From: Candidatus Sumerlaeaceae bacterium | GTDB lineage: Bacteria > Sumerlaeota > Sumerlaeia > Sumerlaeales > Sumerlaeaceae | Reading direction: 5' to 3' | Length of the DNA stretch: 64,000 nucleotides | NCBI GenBank assembly: GCA_049968255.1 | Contig: JBMFRB010000009.1 | Coordinates: 64,001-128,000, forward strand | Shown: piece by piece, positions 1 to 10,304 of the stretch | Layout of the letters: each line of letters opens with the position of its first letter | Numbering within the stretch: position 1 is the first letter of the stretch | Made by a program: the position numbers and the translations under genes | Notes under the pieces: generated by a model | Told to the model about the DNA's origin: nothing | The model's input: the letters and a program-made list of their open reading frames with translations, nothing else | Database searches by the model: none

Positions 1-48
1 TGAACATTCGTTGCCGGCAATGTTTGCCCGAGTCGGTCACGGCAACTC

Positions 49-495
49 TTATCGCTGATCGATCAGCTCAAGCAGCTCATGGATGCGCTGGAAATGTCCA
101 ACAAGCTCTTCTCGCTCCTCGGGGCTGAGTTTTGAAAGGATCTCGCGGAAACGCCGCTCGTGAACACGATTCAATTGCCTAACCACAAGCCGTCCCTTCG
201 GTGTAAGGTCCACTCGCACCACGCGTCGGTCGCTGGGATCTGCCGAGCGTTTCACGAGCTTGCTTTCGACTAGTTTTTCCACGGTAATCGTCGCTGCGGG
301 GAGTGACACACCCACCAGGCGCGCGATGTCGGACATCCGCTGGGGACCTTGCAAATCCAAATAATAAAGAATGCGTTTCTGCGCACCGGTCATCTCGTTG
401 AGCGGACGTGACGACGATGGGGAAAGAAAAATCCGGCTCAGCACCCGCAGAAAGAGGTAATTCAGCGAAGTTATCTCGCGAACATCGAGTCTCAC
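49..495 (-). CDS. MarR family transcriptional regulator
   Basis: 148 aa; wHTH 'MSDIARLVGVSLPAATITVEKLVESKLVKR' and MarR wing motif 'DPSDRRVVRVDLTPKG'. Confidence 0.9.
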   Translation of the reverse strand: MRLDVREITSLNYLFLRVLSRIFLSPSSSRPLNEMTGAQKRILYYLDLQGPQRMSDIARLVGVSLPAATITVEKLVESKLVKRSADPSDRRVVRVDLTPKGRLVVRQLNRVHERRFREILSKLSPEEREELVGHFQRIHELLELIDQR

Positions 496-775
496 TTTAT
501 CCTAAAAACCATTTTGTTTTCTAAATATGCTTTCAACGTCGTCGCCTGTGCAAGCTAGTTAGTCTCAGTCCACGATGCAAACAGGAAATGCGACTGCTCT
601 TTTCGTCATGATCACCTAAACCGAACTCCGGCTATCCGAGCGCTTGTCCGTCGTGGGTGCTTATGCGGTGGAGCTTTACTCCATGTGAGGCGCACCGCTC
701 GCCGCCATCGCTCGAACCCAATGATTTCAGTCGCGAGAGTTCCTTGCAGCTGGGAGCACGGTAAGCGCGCCCGAA

Positions 776-3394
776 TTATTTATCGTCTTCGCTCTCGCTA
801 CGCGTAAGTGTAGGCGCGATCTCTTCCAACTTATAAGCTTCGATGATGTCACCTTCTTTGATGTCATTGAAGTTCTCGATCCCGAGGCCACATTCTTCGC
901 CTGCGCGCACGACTTTCGCATCGTCCTTGTAACGCTTCAGGCTCGCCAGCTTGCCTTCGTAAATGATCACGTTGTTTCGCAGGACGCGCACTTTTGCGTC
1001 GCGCGGGACTTCCCCCTCCGTAACGAAGCAACCGGCCACTGTGCCAACCTTGGCAATCTTGAATAACTGGCGCACCTCGGCATGGCCAAGCACCTTTTCT
1101 TCGTACTTCGGCTCGAGCATGCCCACCATAGCCCTTTCGACTTCGTCGAGCAGGTCGTAAATAATGCGATAGGTTTTGATCTCCACGCCGCGCTGCGCGG
1201 CAAGCTCTGCTGCTTTGGTATCCGGCCGCACATTGAAGCCAATGATAATCGCATCCGAGGCATCTGCTAAATTCACGTCGCTCTCGATGATGCCGCCTAC
1301 GCCGGCATGAATAATTCGGACCCGGATTTCCTCGGACGAGAGCCGCTGGAGAGCTTCGGAAATAGCCTCGACGGAACCTTGAACGTCCGCCTTTAGCACG
1401 ACATTGAGCTCTTTGACCTTGCCTTCGCTCATCAGGGCACTCAGCTTCTCCAGGCTGATGTGCTCCGCAGGCTTGGCGTGTCCCATGCGGCGACGTCGCT
1501 CTCGGCGTTTTTCGGCGATATCCCGCGCGATGCGCTCATCGGGTACGACCACAAACGTTTCCCCCGCCGATGGTGCTCCATCCAGTCCGATGATCTCCGC
1601 CGGAAACGAAGGCCCTGCTTCCTTGATCTGGCGCCCGCGGTCGTCAATCATGGCGCGCACACGACCACTGATCTCGCCCACAACGAACACATCGCCCACC
1701 CGCAGGGTTCCTTTTTGGACGAGAATGGTGGCTACCGCGCCGCGCTGAGGATCCACGTGGGATTCAATAACAGTGCCCACTGCATTGCACGTCGGGTCAG
1801 ATTTCAGGTCAAGAATCTCAGCCTGCAGCGCCAGCATTTCGAGCAAGTGGTCCACGTTCTTGCCGTGCTTGGCGCTGATATCCACGAAGATTGTATCACC
1901 GCCAAACTCTTCTGGCACCAGCGAATACTGCAGTGCTTCCTGACGGATGCGTGCTGGGTCGGCGCCGGGCAGGTCAATCTTGTTCACAGCAACCAGGATG
2001 GGCACCTTCGCCGCCTGTGCGTGGTGAATCGCTTCTACTGTTTGGGGCTGGAAGCCGTCGTCGGCAGCCACAACAAGCACGACGATATCCGTGACCGACG
2101 CCCCGCGTGCACGCATGGAGGTGAAGGCCTCGTGGCCAGGTGTGTCGAGGAACACAATGTCGCCTTTTGGCGTACTCACGTGATAGGCGCCGATGTGCTG
2201 TGTGATGCCTCCGAACTCGCCTTCAACGATGTTTGATTTGCGAATGCGGTCCAGCAGTGTGGTTTTGCCATGGTCCACGTGGCCCATAATCGTGACCACG
2301 GGTGGCCGCCGCTTCATGTTCTCCGGCTTTTCCTGCGGCAGGTACTTAGAGATATCGTACTCGTCGGTATCGAGCACGAATTCTAGCTCGACGCCGAAGT
2401 CCGTGGCAATGAGCTCCATAAGCTCGGGTGTCATGTCCTGAGTCACTGTCAGGCGTTCGCCGAGCAGGAGAATCTTTTTCATGATTTCCGTGGCGGGAAC
2501 CCCGAGCTTTTCTGCGAACTGTCCCACAGTGAGGACGGAGTCTACCGTGAGCTTGCGGGCCTTAGGCTGCGGAGGTGCCACCGGTTTGGGCGGGGGCGCT
2601 TCGAGCACTGGCACAGTAGGCGCTTTGCCGCCCTTTTTCACCGGCGGACGGCCTGTGGTGATTTCTTCCTCAAGCTCGAAAATTTTGGTTGGGCGAGGCT
2701 TATCGCCGCGACGTCGATCTGGCGTCTTGCCCTGACGTGCGGGCTTATCTGTCCGCCGTGGCGGAGTCGTCGTCGGCATCACGCGCAGAAGATTCTTGAG
2801 CTGGTTCTCATCGAGAACAGGCACGGGTTTGGGGCCTGCGGCTTGTTTGCCGCTGCGCTCGGGTTTGCCATGGCGCCTCGGCTGCTCCGCACGCTTAGGA
2901 AGAAGATGTGGCTGGGTGGCCTGAGGTGCGCTGACGGGGGGTTGTGCCTGGGTTTTTGCGGCTTCGCGCTTGTGCCGCTCTTCTTCTTCACGCCGCCGCC
3001 GTTCTTCCTCTTCGCGGCGTTTGCGTTCCTCTTCTTCGCGTTTGCGCCGTTCTTCTTCTTCACGCTGCCGCCGTTCTTCCTCTTCGCGCTTGCGCCGTTC
3101 TTCCTCCTCACGGCGTCGGCGCTCCTCTTCCATCGCACGCCGTTTTTCCTCAAGCTTGAGCCGGCGCTCTTCCTCTTTGCGCTGCCGCTCTTCCTCTTTG
3201 CGGCGCTTCTCTTCCTCTTCTTTGGCCTTGAGTTCCTGCTTATATCTTTCGATTAGGGGCCAAAGTTTTTTGACTTCCTTGTCATCCAAACTGGCGCTCG
3301 CGCTTTGCTTAACAGCAAGACGGTGCTTTTTGGCGATCGCCAAGACGTCCTTGCTCTGCAATCCAGCCGCTTTTGCTAACTCGTGTACCCGCAT
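776..3394 (-). CDS. infB: Translation initiation factor IF-2
   Basis: IF2 N-terminus 'MRVHELAK' (ATG 3394 preferred over ORF start 3532); G motifs 'GHVDHGKT', '[10 protein letters not shown]', 'DTPGHEAF', 'NKID'; C-terminal '[17 protein letters not shown]'. Confidence 0.98.
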   Translation of the reverse strand: MRVHELAKAAGLQSKDVLAIAKKHRLAVKQSASASLDDKEVKKLWPLIERYKQELKAKEEEEKRRKEEERQRKEEERRLKLEEKRRAMEEERRRREEEERRKREEEERRQREEEERRKREEEERKRREEEERRRREEEERHKREAAKTQAQPPVSAPQATQPHLLPKRAEQPRRHGKPERSGKQAAGPKPVPVLDENQLKNLLRVMPTTTPPRRTDKPARQGKTPDRRRGDKPRPTKIFELEEEITTGRPPVKKGGKAPTVPVLEAPPPKPVAPPQPKARKLTVDSVLTVGQFAEKLGVPATEIMKKILLLGERLTVTQDMTPELMELIATDFGVELEFVLDTDEYDISKYLPQEKPENMKRRPPVVTIMGHVDHGKTTLLDRIRKSNIVEGEFGGITQHIGAYHVSTPKGDIVFLDTPGHEAFTSMRARGASVTDIVVLVVAADDGFQPQTVEAIHHAQAAKVPILVAVNKIDLPGADPARIRQEALQYSLVPEEFGGDTIFVDISAKHGKNVDHLLEMLALQAEILDLKSDPTCNAVGTVIESHVDPQRGAVATILVQKGTLRVGDVFVVGEISGRVRAMIDDRGRQIKEAGPSFPAEIIGLDGAPSAGETFVVVPDERIARDIAEKRRERRRRMGHAKPAEHISLEKLSALMSEGKVKELNVVLKADVQGSVEAISEALQRLSSEEIRVRIIHAGVGGIIESDVNLADASDAIIIGFNVRPDTKAAELAAQRGVEIKTYRIIYDLLDEVERAMVGMLEPKYEEKVLGHAEVRQLFKIAKVGTVAGCFVTEGEVPRDAKVRVLRNNVIIYEGKLASLKRYKDDAKVVRAGEECGLGIENFNDIKEGDIIEAYKLEEIAPTLTRSESEDDK
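2966..3230 (-). repeat. Intragenic imperfect tandem repeat in infB encoding an E/R/K-rich (single alpha-helix-like) segment
   Basis: Protein '[52 protein letters not shown]' with ~8-residue (24-nt) period; repeated 'cgttcttc(c/t)tcttc' on the + strand. Confidence 0.8.
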
Positions 3395-3826
3395 TCGTAC
3401 CCCACAGATATTTGTGCGGGGCGCAACAACGCTCCCGCCATCTTTCGAATGAAAATAATGCTGGCAGACAGTGCTTAGCGGGGGAGTCGGGGAAGGGACT
3501 GCACACTGTGAAGAGAAGGCCGACTTTAGCACCTCCGCGTGGTTTCACCACGGAGGATTCAACGAGCGGATATCATCCGTTGCGAATGTCGTGTCAACTT
3601 CTCATCGTTTGCTGCCCTCGCTCGACTTTCCCGCAAGCCTTGCTCGCGCATTCATTCCGTGAACCTTTACCGACTGGCGCTATCTCTCTTCACAGAATCT
3701 CCCCCCAGCCGATTGTTCGTCCTTGCTTTCTCCCTGCGTGTCCTGTGCCAGTGAGACGATATTTCGCACGTCGAGGTGGCCAGTTTGCTTTTTCAAAATT
3801 CGCAGCAAAGCCTTCCATCAGCAGAA

Positions 3827-5512
3827 ATGTCGTGGGAACCTGCTCATGCGTCGTCGCCTTCACGCCTGCGGATCATTCCGCTGGGAGGTCTGGGCGAAGT
3901 TGGCATGAATATGATGGTTTACGAATACGACGACGACATTTTCGTCGTGGATTGCGGACATACCTTCCCCGAGGACGACCTCCTGGGAATTGATCTTGTC
4001 ATTCCCGATCTCACCTACCTTGAAGAGCGCGCTTCGCGTCTGCGTGGTGTCGTCATTACCCATGCCCACGATGACCATTTAGGAGCGCTTCCTTACTTTC
4101 TGCGCAAATTCAACGTGCCTGTTGTCGGCACGCCGTTGGTCTGCGGCATTCTCCGCGAGCGTCTTGGGGAATTCGAGCTTGATTTTGAGCCAAAACTCCG
4201 GGAAGTTCAGGCCGGTGAGACGTTCGAGCTTGGCAAAGCGCAAATCGAGTTTATTCACGTCACGCACAGTGTGCCTCAGAGTGTCGCCCTGGCCATTCAT
4301 TTGCCCATAGGCACGATTGTTCATACGGGCGATTACAAAATAGACACGAGCCCCATCGATGCACGGCCCTTTGATTTCTATGCATTTGCGCGTTTAGGCC
4401 AGCGCGGCGTTCTCGCCCTACTCGCTGACTCGACGAATGTCGAGCGGCCGGGGCGAACGCCATCAGAACGGACGCTTTATCAGCCGTTGGACGAAATTTT
4501 CGAGCAAGCCCCGCGCACAATTTTTTTCTCGTGCTTCGCCAGTGCCCTGCACCGCATGCAGATAGTGCTCGACCTGGCGGAGCATCATCGGCGCAAGGTG
4601 TTCGTTGCCGGCCTCAACATGAACCGCAATCTTTCCGTGGCGCGTGAGTTGGGGGTCATCAATCGCGCTACCGGCGTGCTCGTCGACCTTGGCCACTTCA
4701 AGAAGGTTTCACCCGACAAACGTGTGGTGCTCACCACGGGTAGTCAGGGCGAACCGCTAAGCGCCCTTAGCCGCATCGCCGTAGGAGAGCACCGTGAGGT
4801 CAAAATTCACAAAGGCGACGTCGCCGTGTTGTCGTCGCGCATCATTCCCGGCAACGAGCGGGCCATTTACCATGTGATCAACCACCTTTTCCGTCGAGGG
4901 GCCGACGTCTATTACGAAGGCGTCGCCAACGTCCATGTGTCCGGACATGCCTATCGCGACGATATGGCCACGCTCATCGCCCTTTGCAAACCGAAGTTCC
5001 TTATCCCCATTCATGGCGAGTTGCGCCATCTCGTGCTGCACAAGCGCCTTGCTGTGGAGATGGGATATCCCGAAGAGAACGTGTTTATCCTGCAAAACGG
5101 TGATGTGCTCGAACTCGGCCGCGAACACGCCCACTATTGCGGACGCCTGCAAGTGAGCCGCGTGTTGGTCGATGGCTACGACGTCTCGAGCTTTGACGAA
5201 GTGGTCTTGCGTGATCGCCGCCGCCTCAGTGAGGACGGAATGCTCTTGGCTGTGTTGGCAGTCGAGCAAAGCACGGGTAAACTCGTGGCAGGCCCTCACG
5301 TTGTCTCGCGTGGGTTTTTGCGCGAAGAAGAAAACGAAGAGTTCTTCAAACAATGCGAAGCCGTTGCCCGCGCCGCCTTCGAGGAATGTGCCCGCGAGGA
5401 AAAGCAGGAGTGGAGCATCGTGAAAGAAAAAGTACGTGCGAAACTCAAACGCTTCATCAAAAACGAAACCGGACGTTACCCCTACATTCTCCCGGTGGTT
5501 CTGGAGATCTGA
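3827..5512 (+). CDS. rnj: Ribonuclease J
   Basis: 'IIPLGGLGEVGMN', MBL motif 'THAHDDHLG', 'HTGDYKID', 'TGSQGEP', 'HVSGHA', 'PIHGE'. Start 3827 (ATG) or 3776. Confidence 0.96.
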   Translation: MSWEPAHASSPSRLRIIPLGGLGEVGMNMMVYEYDDDIFVVDCGHTFPEDDLLGIDLVIPDLTYLEERASRLRGVVITHAHDDHLGALPYFLRKFNVPVVGTPLVCGILRERLGEFELDFEPKLREVQAGETFELGKAQIEFIHVTHSVPQSVALAIHLPIGTIVHTGDYKIDTSPIDARPFDFYAFARLGQRGVLALLADSTNVERPGRTPSERTLYQPLDEIFEQAPRTIFFSCFASALHRMQIVLDLAEHHRRKVFVAGLNMNRNLSVARELGVINRATGVLVDLGHFKKVSPDKRVVLTTGSQGEPLSALSRIAVGEHREVKIHKGDVAVLSSRIIPGNERAIYHVINHLFRRGADVYYEGVANVHVSGHAYRDDMATLIALCKPKFLIPIHGELRHLVLHKRLAVEMGYPEENVFILQNGDVLELGREHAHYCGRLQVSRVLVDGYDVSSFDEVVLRDRRRLSEDGMLLAVLAVEQSTGKLVAGPHVVSRGFLREEENEEFFKQCEAVARAAFEECAREEKQEWSIVKEKVRAKLKRFIKNETGRYPYILPVVLEI

Positions 5513-5623
5513 ATAGCCAGAGGTGTTGCACGACGCGCAAACAGAACTTGGCTCACAGTTCGGTAAATCATTGCAAGCACCCATGGCACGCAATTAGATT
5601 TTTAGGCTAAGGAGTACCAACAA

Positions 5624-6685
5624 GTGGAAATAGCGGATCTCTTACGTCAGACTGTAGATCTTGATGCCTCGGACTTGCATTTGGCAGTGGGGCGCCCACC
5701 GGTGGTGCGCGTGCACGGCAAGCTGCGCAATCTCGAAGGGCCGCCGCTCACCGCGGCGGATACTCGCCGGCTTGTTTATGGCATCCTTACCGATTCGCAA
5801 AAACTGCGCTTTGAAGAAAATCGTGAGCTCGATTTTTCCCTCAGCATTTCGAGTATTAGCCGTTTCCGCGTGAACGTGCATTTCCAGCGCGGCAGCGTTG
5901 CCGCAGCGTTCCGTGTCATTTCCGCCGCTATTCGCTCTTTCGAAGAGCTGCACCTTCCTGTCAAGGTTTGCGAACGCTTTGCCCGTCGGCCTGCAGGACT
6001 TGTGCTTATTACGGGACCGACGGGGTCGGGAAAATCGACCACGTTGGCCGCTCTTGTTGACCTGATCAACAGCGAGCGCGAATGCCACATCATCACGATC
6101 GAAGACCCGATTGAATACCTGCACTCCCATAAAAAGGCGCTTGTCGAACAGCGCGAGGTCGGCGAGGATACTCTCTCCTTTGCCAATGCACTCAAATACG
6201 TGCTGCGCCAAGACCCTGATGTCATTATGGTCGGCGAAATGCGCGACCTAGAAACGATCGGCGCCGCGCTGACTGCCGCCGAAACGGGTCACCTCGTCTT
6301 TTCAACCCTTCACACTGTGGACGTGCCGCAGACCATTGACCGCATCATCGACGTGTTTCCGCCCCACCAACAGGAGCAGGTCCGAATTCAGCTCGCTGGG
6401 GTGCTCGAAGGCGTGATCTGCCAAACATTGCTCCCGTCGGCCTCCGGCCGGGGACGCGAACTGGCATGCGAAGTCATGGTTTGCACCGACGGCATACGTA
6501 ACCTTATCCGCGAGGCAAAAACGCACCAAATCTACACTCAGATCGAGGCAGGTGGCGCGCTGGGAATGCAGACGATGGACCGTGCCATTGCCGACCTCTT
6601 CAAGCGCGGCCGCATTTCACGTGAGACAGCGTTCCTTTACGCACGCAAGCTCGATGAGTTCAAACGCCATGTGTCGGTGATCTGA
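5624..6685 (+). CDS. pilT: Type IV pilus retraction ATPase PilT family
   Basis: 'ASDLHL', Walker A 'GPTGSGKSTT', 'TIEDPIE', 'LRQDPDVIMVGEMRD', 'AETGHLVFSTLHT', 'GMQTMD'; RBS AAGGAG upstream. Confidence 0.93.
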   Translation: MEIADLLRQTVDLDASDLHLAVGRPPVVRVHGKLRNLEGPPLTAADTRRLVYGILTDSQKLRFEENRELDFSLSISSISRFRVNVHFQRGSVAAAFRVISAAIRSFEELHLPVKVCERFARRPAGLVLITGPTGSGKSTTLAALVDLINSERECHIITIEDPIEYLHSHKKALVEQREVGEDTLSFANALKYVLRQDPDVIMVGEMRDLETIGAALTAAETGHLVFSTLHTVDVPQTIDRIIDVFPPHQQEQVRIQLAGVLEGVICQTLLPSASGRGRELACEVMVCTDGIRNLIREAKTHQIYTQIEAGGALGMQTMDRAIADLFKRGRISRETAFLYARKLDEFKRHVSVI

Positions 6686-6712
6686 ACAAAGCAAGTCCCG
6701 AAAGGGGGCTCG

Positions 6713-7240
6713 ATGATGAACGAGGATTTCAGACGAGTCGAACTCCGCGAGATCCACATCTTGCAGGATCCCACTAGCCCTCAGGTTATCGTTCTTGCAG
6801 AAACAGAGGGGCCACGGAGTTTTCCAATTTTTATCGGTGCCAATGAGGCCGCAATGCTTGACATGGCCGTGCGAGGACACACTTCGCCGCGCCCGCTGAC
6901 GCACGATCTCATCCTTAACGTCCTGGAAGGCTTGGGCGCTCAATTGCTTCGTGTGCTCGTGACCAAGCTCGAAAATGACACGTTCTATGGGGCACTCGAA
7001 GTGCAGTCAGCCGATGGCTCCATTGTGAGAATTGATGCACGGCCCAGCGACTCGATTATCCTCGCCACGAAATGTCAGGTTCCGATACTTGTCGCGGAGC
7101 GAGTGCTCGATGAAGTCGGAGTGATTGCGGGCGACGAGGAAGACGACGAGATGACCTTCGACTCCGATGAGGACTCAGACTTAGGCTTCAACGAGGACGA
7201 CGAGCCGGAGGATCCCGATTTTCCTGATGAGCAGCGGTGA
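6713..7240 (+). CDS. Bifunctional nuclease family protein (DUF151)
   Basis: 'FPIFIGANEA', 'RPLTHDL', 'IDARPSDSI' motifs; acidic tail. Confidence 0.9.
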   Translation: MMNEDFRRVELREIHILQDPTSPQVIVLAETEGPRSFPIFIGANEAAMLDMAVRGHTSPRPLTHDLILNVLEGLGAQLLRVLVTKLENDTFYGALEVQSADGSIVRIDARPSDSIILATKCQVPILVAERVLDEVGVIAGDEEDDEMTFDSDEDSDLGFNEDDEPEDPDFPDEQR

Positions 7241-10200
7241 TATTTCTGCGCGGACCCAACGAGGTGTGCTGTCTGTGCGGCTTCTCGCGTTTCTTGTGTG
7301 CTCTCTCATGGCATCTGTGGTTCTTGCGCAACGCCATCGCGTCCTGCCCACGCCCTCTCCCGCCCCTGCTCTCCAGTTGCGCATTGTGGGTCAGAGTCAG
7401 GTCTTCATCGGTTCGATGGTGATTGCCAACGCTCCTGCTAACCGTCGCCCCCTTTTCCAGAGTTGCCGTTACGGCCGCGATTTTCACTACGTGCTCGATC
7501 ATCTTGCTCCCCATCAACAACTGCGCATTGAATTAGGCTTTGCAGAGCTTTTTGCCGAAACGGCCGGTGAGCGTGTGATGGCAGTCGAGGTGAACGGCCG
7601 TGTGTTTCGCGACAATCTCGATATTATCGCTGAAGCGGGAGGACCGCGCAAAGCGCTTGTCCTGAGCTGCGACATAGAGCCGACTGCACGGCTCGACCTT
7701 CGCTTTGTGGGAATAAAAGGTGAAGCGCTTATCAACTACGTGCGCGTGGAAGGCGCTGGCCAGGAAATTGTGATTGGCCCTGGCGCAAAGCTTCTGCTTC
7801 AGCCTGACAACGGCGCTTCCTACGATCTCGCGCACGGCGAGCTTTGCGTGGACGACAAACTCGTGGCCCCCATCCACGGTATGCCTTTGGGCGGCATCGG
7901 GACCGGCTCTTTCGAAATTCTGGCCGACGGCACATTTGCGAACCTCACGATCGGCAATTCGTGGGCGCAGGCCGTGCGCGGATTGCAGGGCTCGTTCCTG
8001 GCGGTCAGAGCCAAGCTTCGCTCATTTTCCGGCGAGGCACGAATTCTCTCAGTGGGGGCGCGCTCTCATCCCTTTGCAAATGCCCAACCCATGACGGCGA
8101 GCCGCTACCGCGCACGTTATCCCTTTTGCCAGATCGAGTTCACCGATCCGACTTTTCCTCTCGAAGTATCAGTGGAAGCTTTCGTCCCCTGTGTTCCTTA
8201 CGATCTCAATTCGTCTTCCTTGCCGGTGGCTATTGTATTTGTTCAGGTACGCAACCCCAACACGTACCCCGTCGCGGCTAGTGTCGCACTCTCTTGGGAG
8301 AACATTATAGGCCGTGGCACCCTGGGATTTCCGCCGCAGGTTTTTCCGCAGTCTAGTGCAGTTGCCCACAATGATGCGGGGTCCGGTGAGCTTCTCGGCG
8401 TGCATATGAGCTCGCTCGAGGCCCCTTTGGGCGCACGTGCCACTTTCCTGGGCGATCAATTTGTCGGCACTGTGACGACAGGTGTCGTTGTGTCGCGATT
8501 GCTCTTCTGGGATCCCTCCGCGCCGACGATTCCGTGGTGGAGGGAATTTATCCGCTCCGGACGCTTAGGGCATCGGCCCGAGCGTTCAGAATTTTGGAGC
8601 ACGTCGCTCGCGCGGGAAGGCAACTGCGCGGCAGCTGTGGCCGCAGCCTTCAACCTTGCCCCAAGGGAATCGCGGCGCATTCCCTTTTTTATTGCTTGGT
8701 ACTATCCTCACGTTGCAGCTCCTGACGGCAACTCGATGCACACCAATGCCTATGCTCAACGTTTTGCCTCGAGTGTGGGCGCTGCTGTCTACGCGCTGAG
8801 CCGCTTGGAGTGGCTAGAGTCTCACTCACGCGCCTGGCGCGATGCCCTTGTAGAAAGCGACCTTCCTGGCTGGTTCACGCAATCGCTGCTCGATGCAGCG
8901 GCGCGCAGCGCGGCCAACACAGTGTGGTGGAAGGGCGAGCCTGTACGCTGGTTTGCCACGGTCGACAATGGCAAGCTCGAGTTTGCACCCCCATCACTTG
9001 ATCCTTTAGTCCACGCTTGGGCCGACACGTTCTTCCCCACTCTTGGCTTACCATCCGGCAGCCGTCCCACTGCTGCACTGAATGCGGGAACCTCGTGCCC
9101 GTTGCAAAAATCGCAAGGAAATGCATACGAATCCGATGCTCACGCTGGCGTCGAATTGTTAGCAGCTCAGGCCTCACGAGCTTGGGCGTATGCGAACTTT
9201 ACTGGCGAGAGTGCGGCAATCAACGAAATGATTTCGCCTCTCGAGACAGCTTTCCAGAAGCTTGTGCAACACCCGAGCTTTACCTCGCCGAACGCTGAAG
9301 GTACACTCTTTTCGGATTGGCCCAGCACGATTGCGGCAGACCTGCGCCCCTACAAGGCCCTTTATGCCGCAGCAACCGCAGAGTTGCTAGCCGAGCTTGC
9401 ACAAGCAACAGGTGACCAGAACCGTGCACAGCTTTGGCGGCAGCAACGGCGCGCGTGGGAGAAAAACGCCCAAACCGAATTCGCCTCCATCGAGCACACC
9501 TGGCTTTCTTCGAATTCTCGAGCAGGACGTAGTTTTGCCACCTATTTTGCGGCGGATTGGCTGCTGCGCAGGGCGACGGGGAGCGGACTTCTTGGCGAGT
9601 CGCTCAGCTCGCTCGTGCAGCAAACTGTGGCGCGCCATCTGCCTTCGGACACAATAATTCCCATCGAAACGCCGCCGGCCACTGCCGGTCTCACAGCACC
9701 GCCCCTTCTTCACGCTTGGCTTGCCGCGGAAGCAATCGCAGCGGGGCTGCCCAATGCCGGATTCGAGCTCTCAGCGCGCTTGGCACAATTGCAGCAGGGG
9801 CGCGCAAATCCTTGGGGAAATGCGTTCTTCTATGACGAAGTGACGGCCATGCCCGCGGGCGAAAACAATCACGCTGCTGTCGCCAGCGTCTGGAGCGTTT
9901 TGCACGCGATTGTCGGGGTTCACTACGACCGCCAGCGCGAAACACTCATTGTGGCGCCGAGTCTGCCGTTTGAGCTGGGCAATCAAGTTCTCCTACCCGT
10001 TTTGACCCCCTTCTTCAACGGCTGCCTCGATTTCGATGCACAAGAACACGAGTGGACTCTTTCGATCACTCGCGTGGCCGCAAGATTCGAGAATGAGCCC
10101 CTAAGGGTGCGAAGGTTATGTGTCCAGGACCCGGATTATCCAGGGGCGCGCCGTCAAATAGAGCTTCCAGCGCCGATGGGGCTTTGCGCCGGCGACGAGC

Positions 10201-10304
10201 TCCATTATTATTCCGGGCGCTGCGAACAAAAGTCAGCTTCCTCAAGCACTCCGGCAATAACTGTGACTGCGCCGGTTAGGCTTGGAGCTGCCGTGGCGCC
10301 GTAA
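7227..10304 (+). CDS. Secreted malectin-domain + GH116 (GBA2-like) protein, catalytic region divergent
   Basis: Signal peptide; malectin-like 'LGFAELF..AGERVMAVEVNG..LDIIAEAGG'; GH116 N-domain 'GMPLGGIGTGSFEI', 'YRARYPF', 'SSLPVA', 'IPFFIAWYYP'; helical-barrel-like C-terminal half. Confidence 0.75.
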   Translation: MSSGDISARTQRGVLSVRLLAFLVCSLMASVVLAQRHRVLPTPSPAPALQLRIVGQSQVFIGSMVIANAPANRRPLFQSCRYGRDFHYVLDHLAPHQQLRIELGFAELFAETAGERVMAVEVNGRVFRDNLDIIAEAGGPRKALVLSCDIEPTARLDLRFVGIKGEALINYVRVEGAGQEIVIGPGAKLLLQPDNGASYDLAHGELCVDDKLVAPIHGMPLGGIGTGSFEILADGTFANLTIGNSWAQAVRGLQGSFLAVRAKLRSFSGEARILSVGARSHPFANAQPMTASRYRARYPFCQIEFTDPTFPLEVSVEAFVPCVPYDLNSSSLPVAIVFVQVRNPNTYPVAASVALSWENIIGRGTLGFPPQVFPQSSAVAHNDAGSGELLGVHMSSLEAPLGARATFLGDQFVGTVTTGVVVSRLLFWDPSAPTIPWWREFIRSGRLGHRPERSEFWSTSLAREGNCAAAVAAAFNLAPRESRRIPFFIAWYYPHVAAPDGNSMHTNAYAQRFASSVGAAVYALSRLEWLESHSRAWRDALVESDLPGWFTQSLLDAAARSAANTVWWKGEPVRWFATVDNGKLEFAPPSLDPLVHAWADTFFPTLGLPSGSRPTAALNAGTSCPLQKSQGNAYESDAHAGVELLAAQASRAWAYANFTGESAAINEMISPLETAFQKLVQHPSFTSPNAEGTLFSDWPSTIAADLRPYKALYAAATAELLAELAQATGDQNRAQLWRQQRRAWEKNAQTEFASIEHTWLSSNSRAGRSFATYFAADWLLRRATGSGLLGESLSSLVQQTVARHLPSDTIIPIETPPATAGLTAPPLLHAWLAAEAIAAGLPNAGFELSARLAQLQQGRANPWGNAFFYDEVTAMPAGENNHAAVASVWSVLHAIVGVHYDRQRETLIVAPSLPFELGNQVLLPVLTPFFNGCLDFDAQEHEWTLSITRVAARFENEPLRVRRLCVQDPDYPGARRQIELPAPMGLCAGDELHYYSGRCEQKSASSSTPAITVTAPVRLGAAVAP

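Noticed and set aside
2966-3230. Repeat array as CRISPR
   Set aside because: Intragenic, codon-periodic, with no unique spacers and no cas genes.
3395-3826. Structured RNA or riboswitch between infB and rnj (hairpins near 3532-3585)
   Set aside because: Only short GC hairpins; no recognisable family motif.
5584-5599. Sigma54 promoter upstream of pilT (TGGCACGCAATTAGAT)
   Set aside because: Good -24 element, but the -12 reads GA rather than the near-invariant GC.
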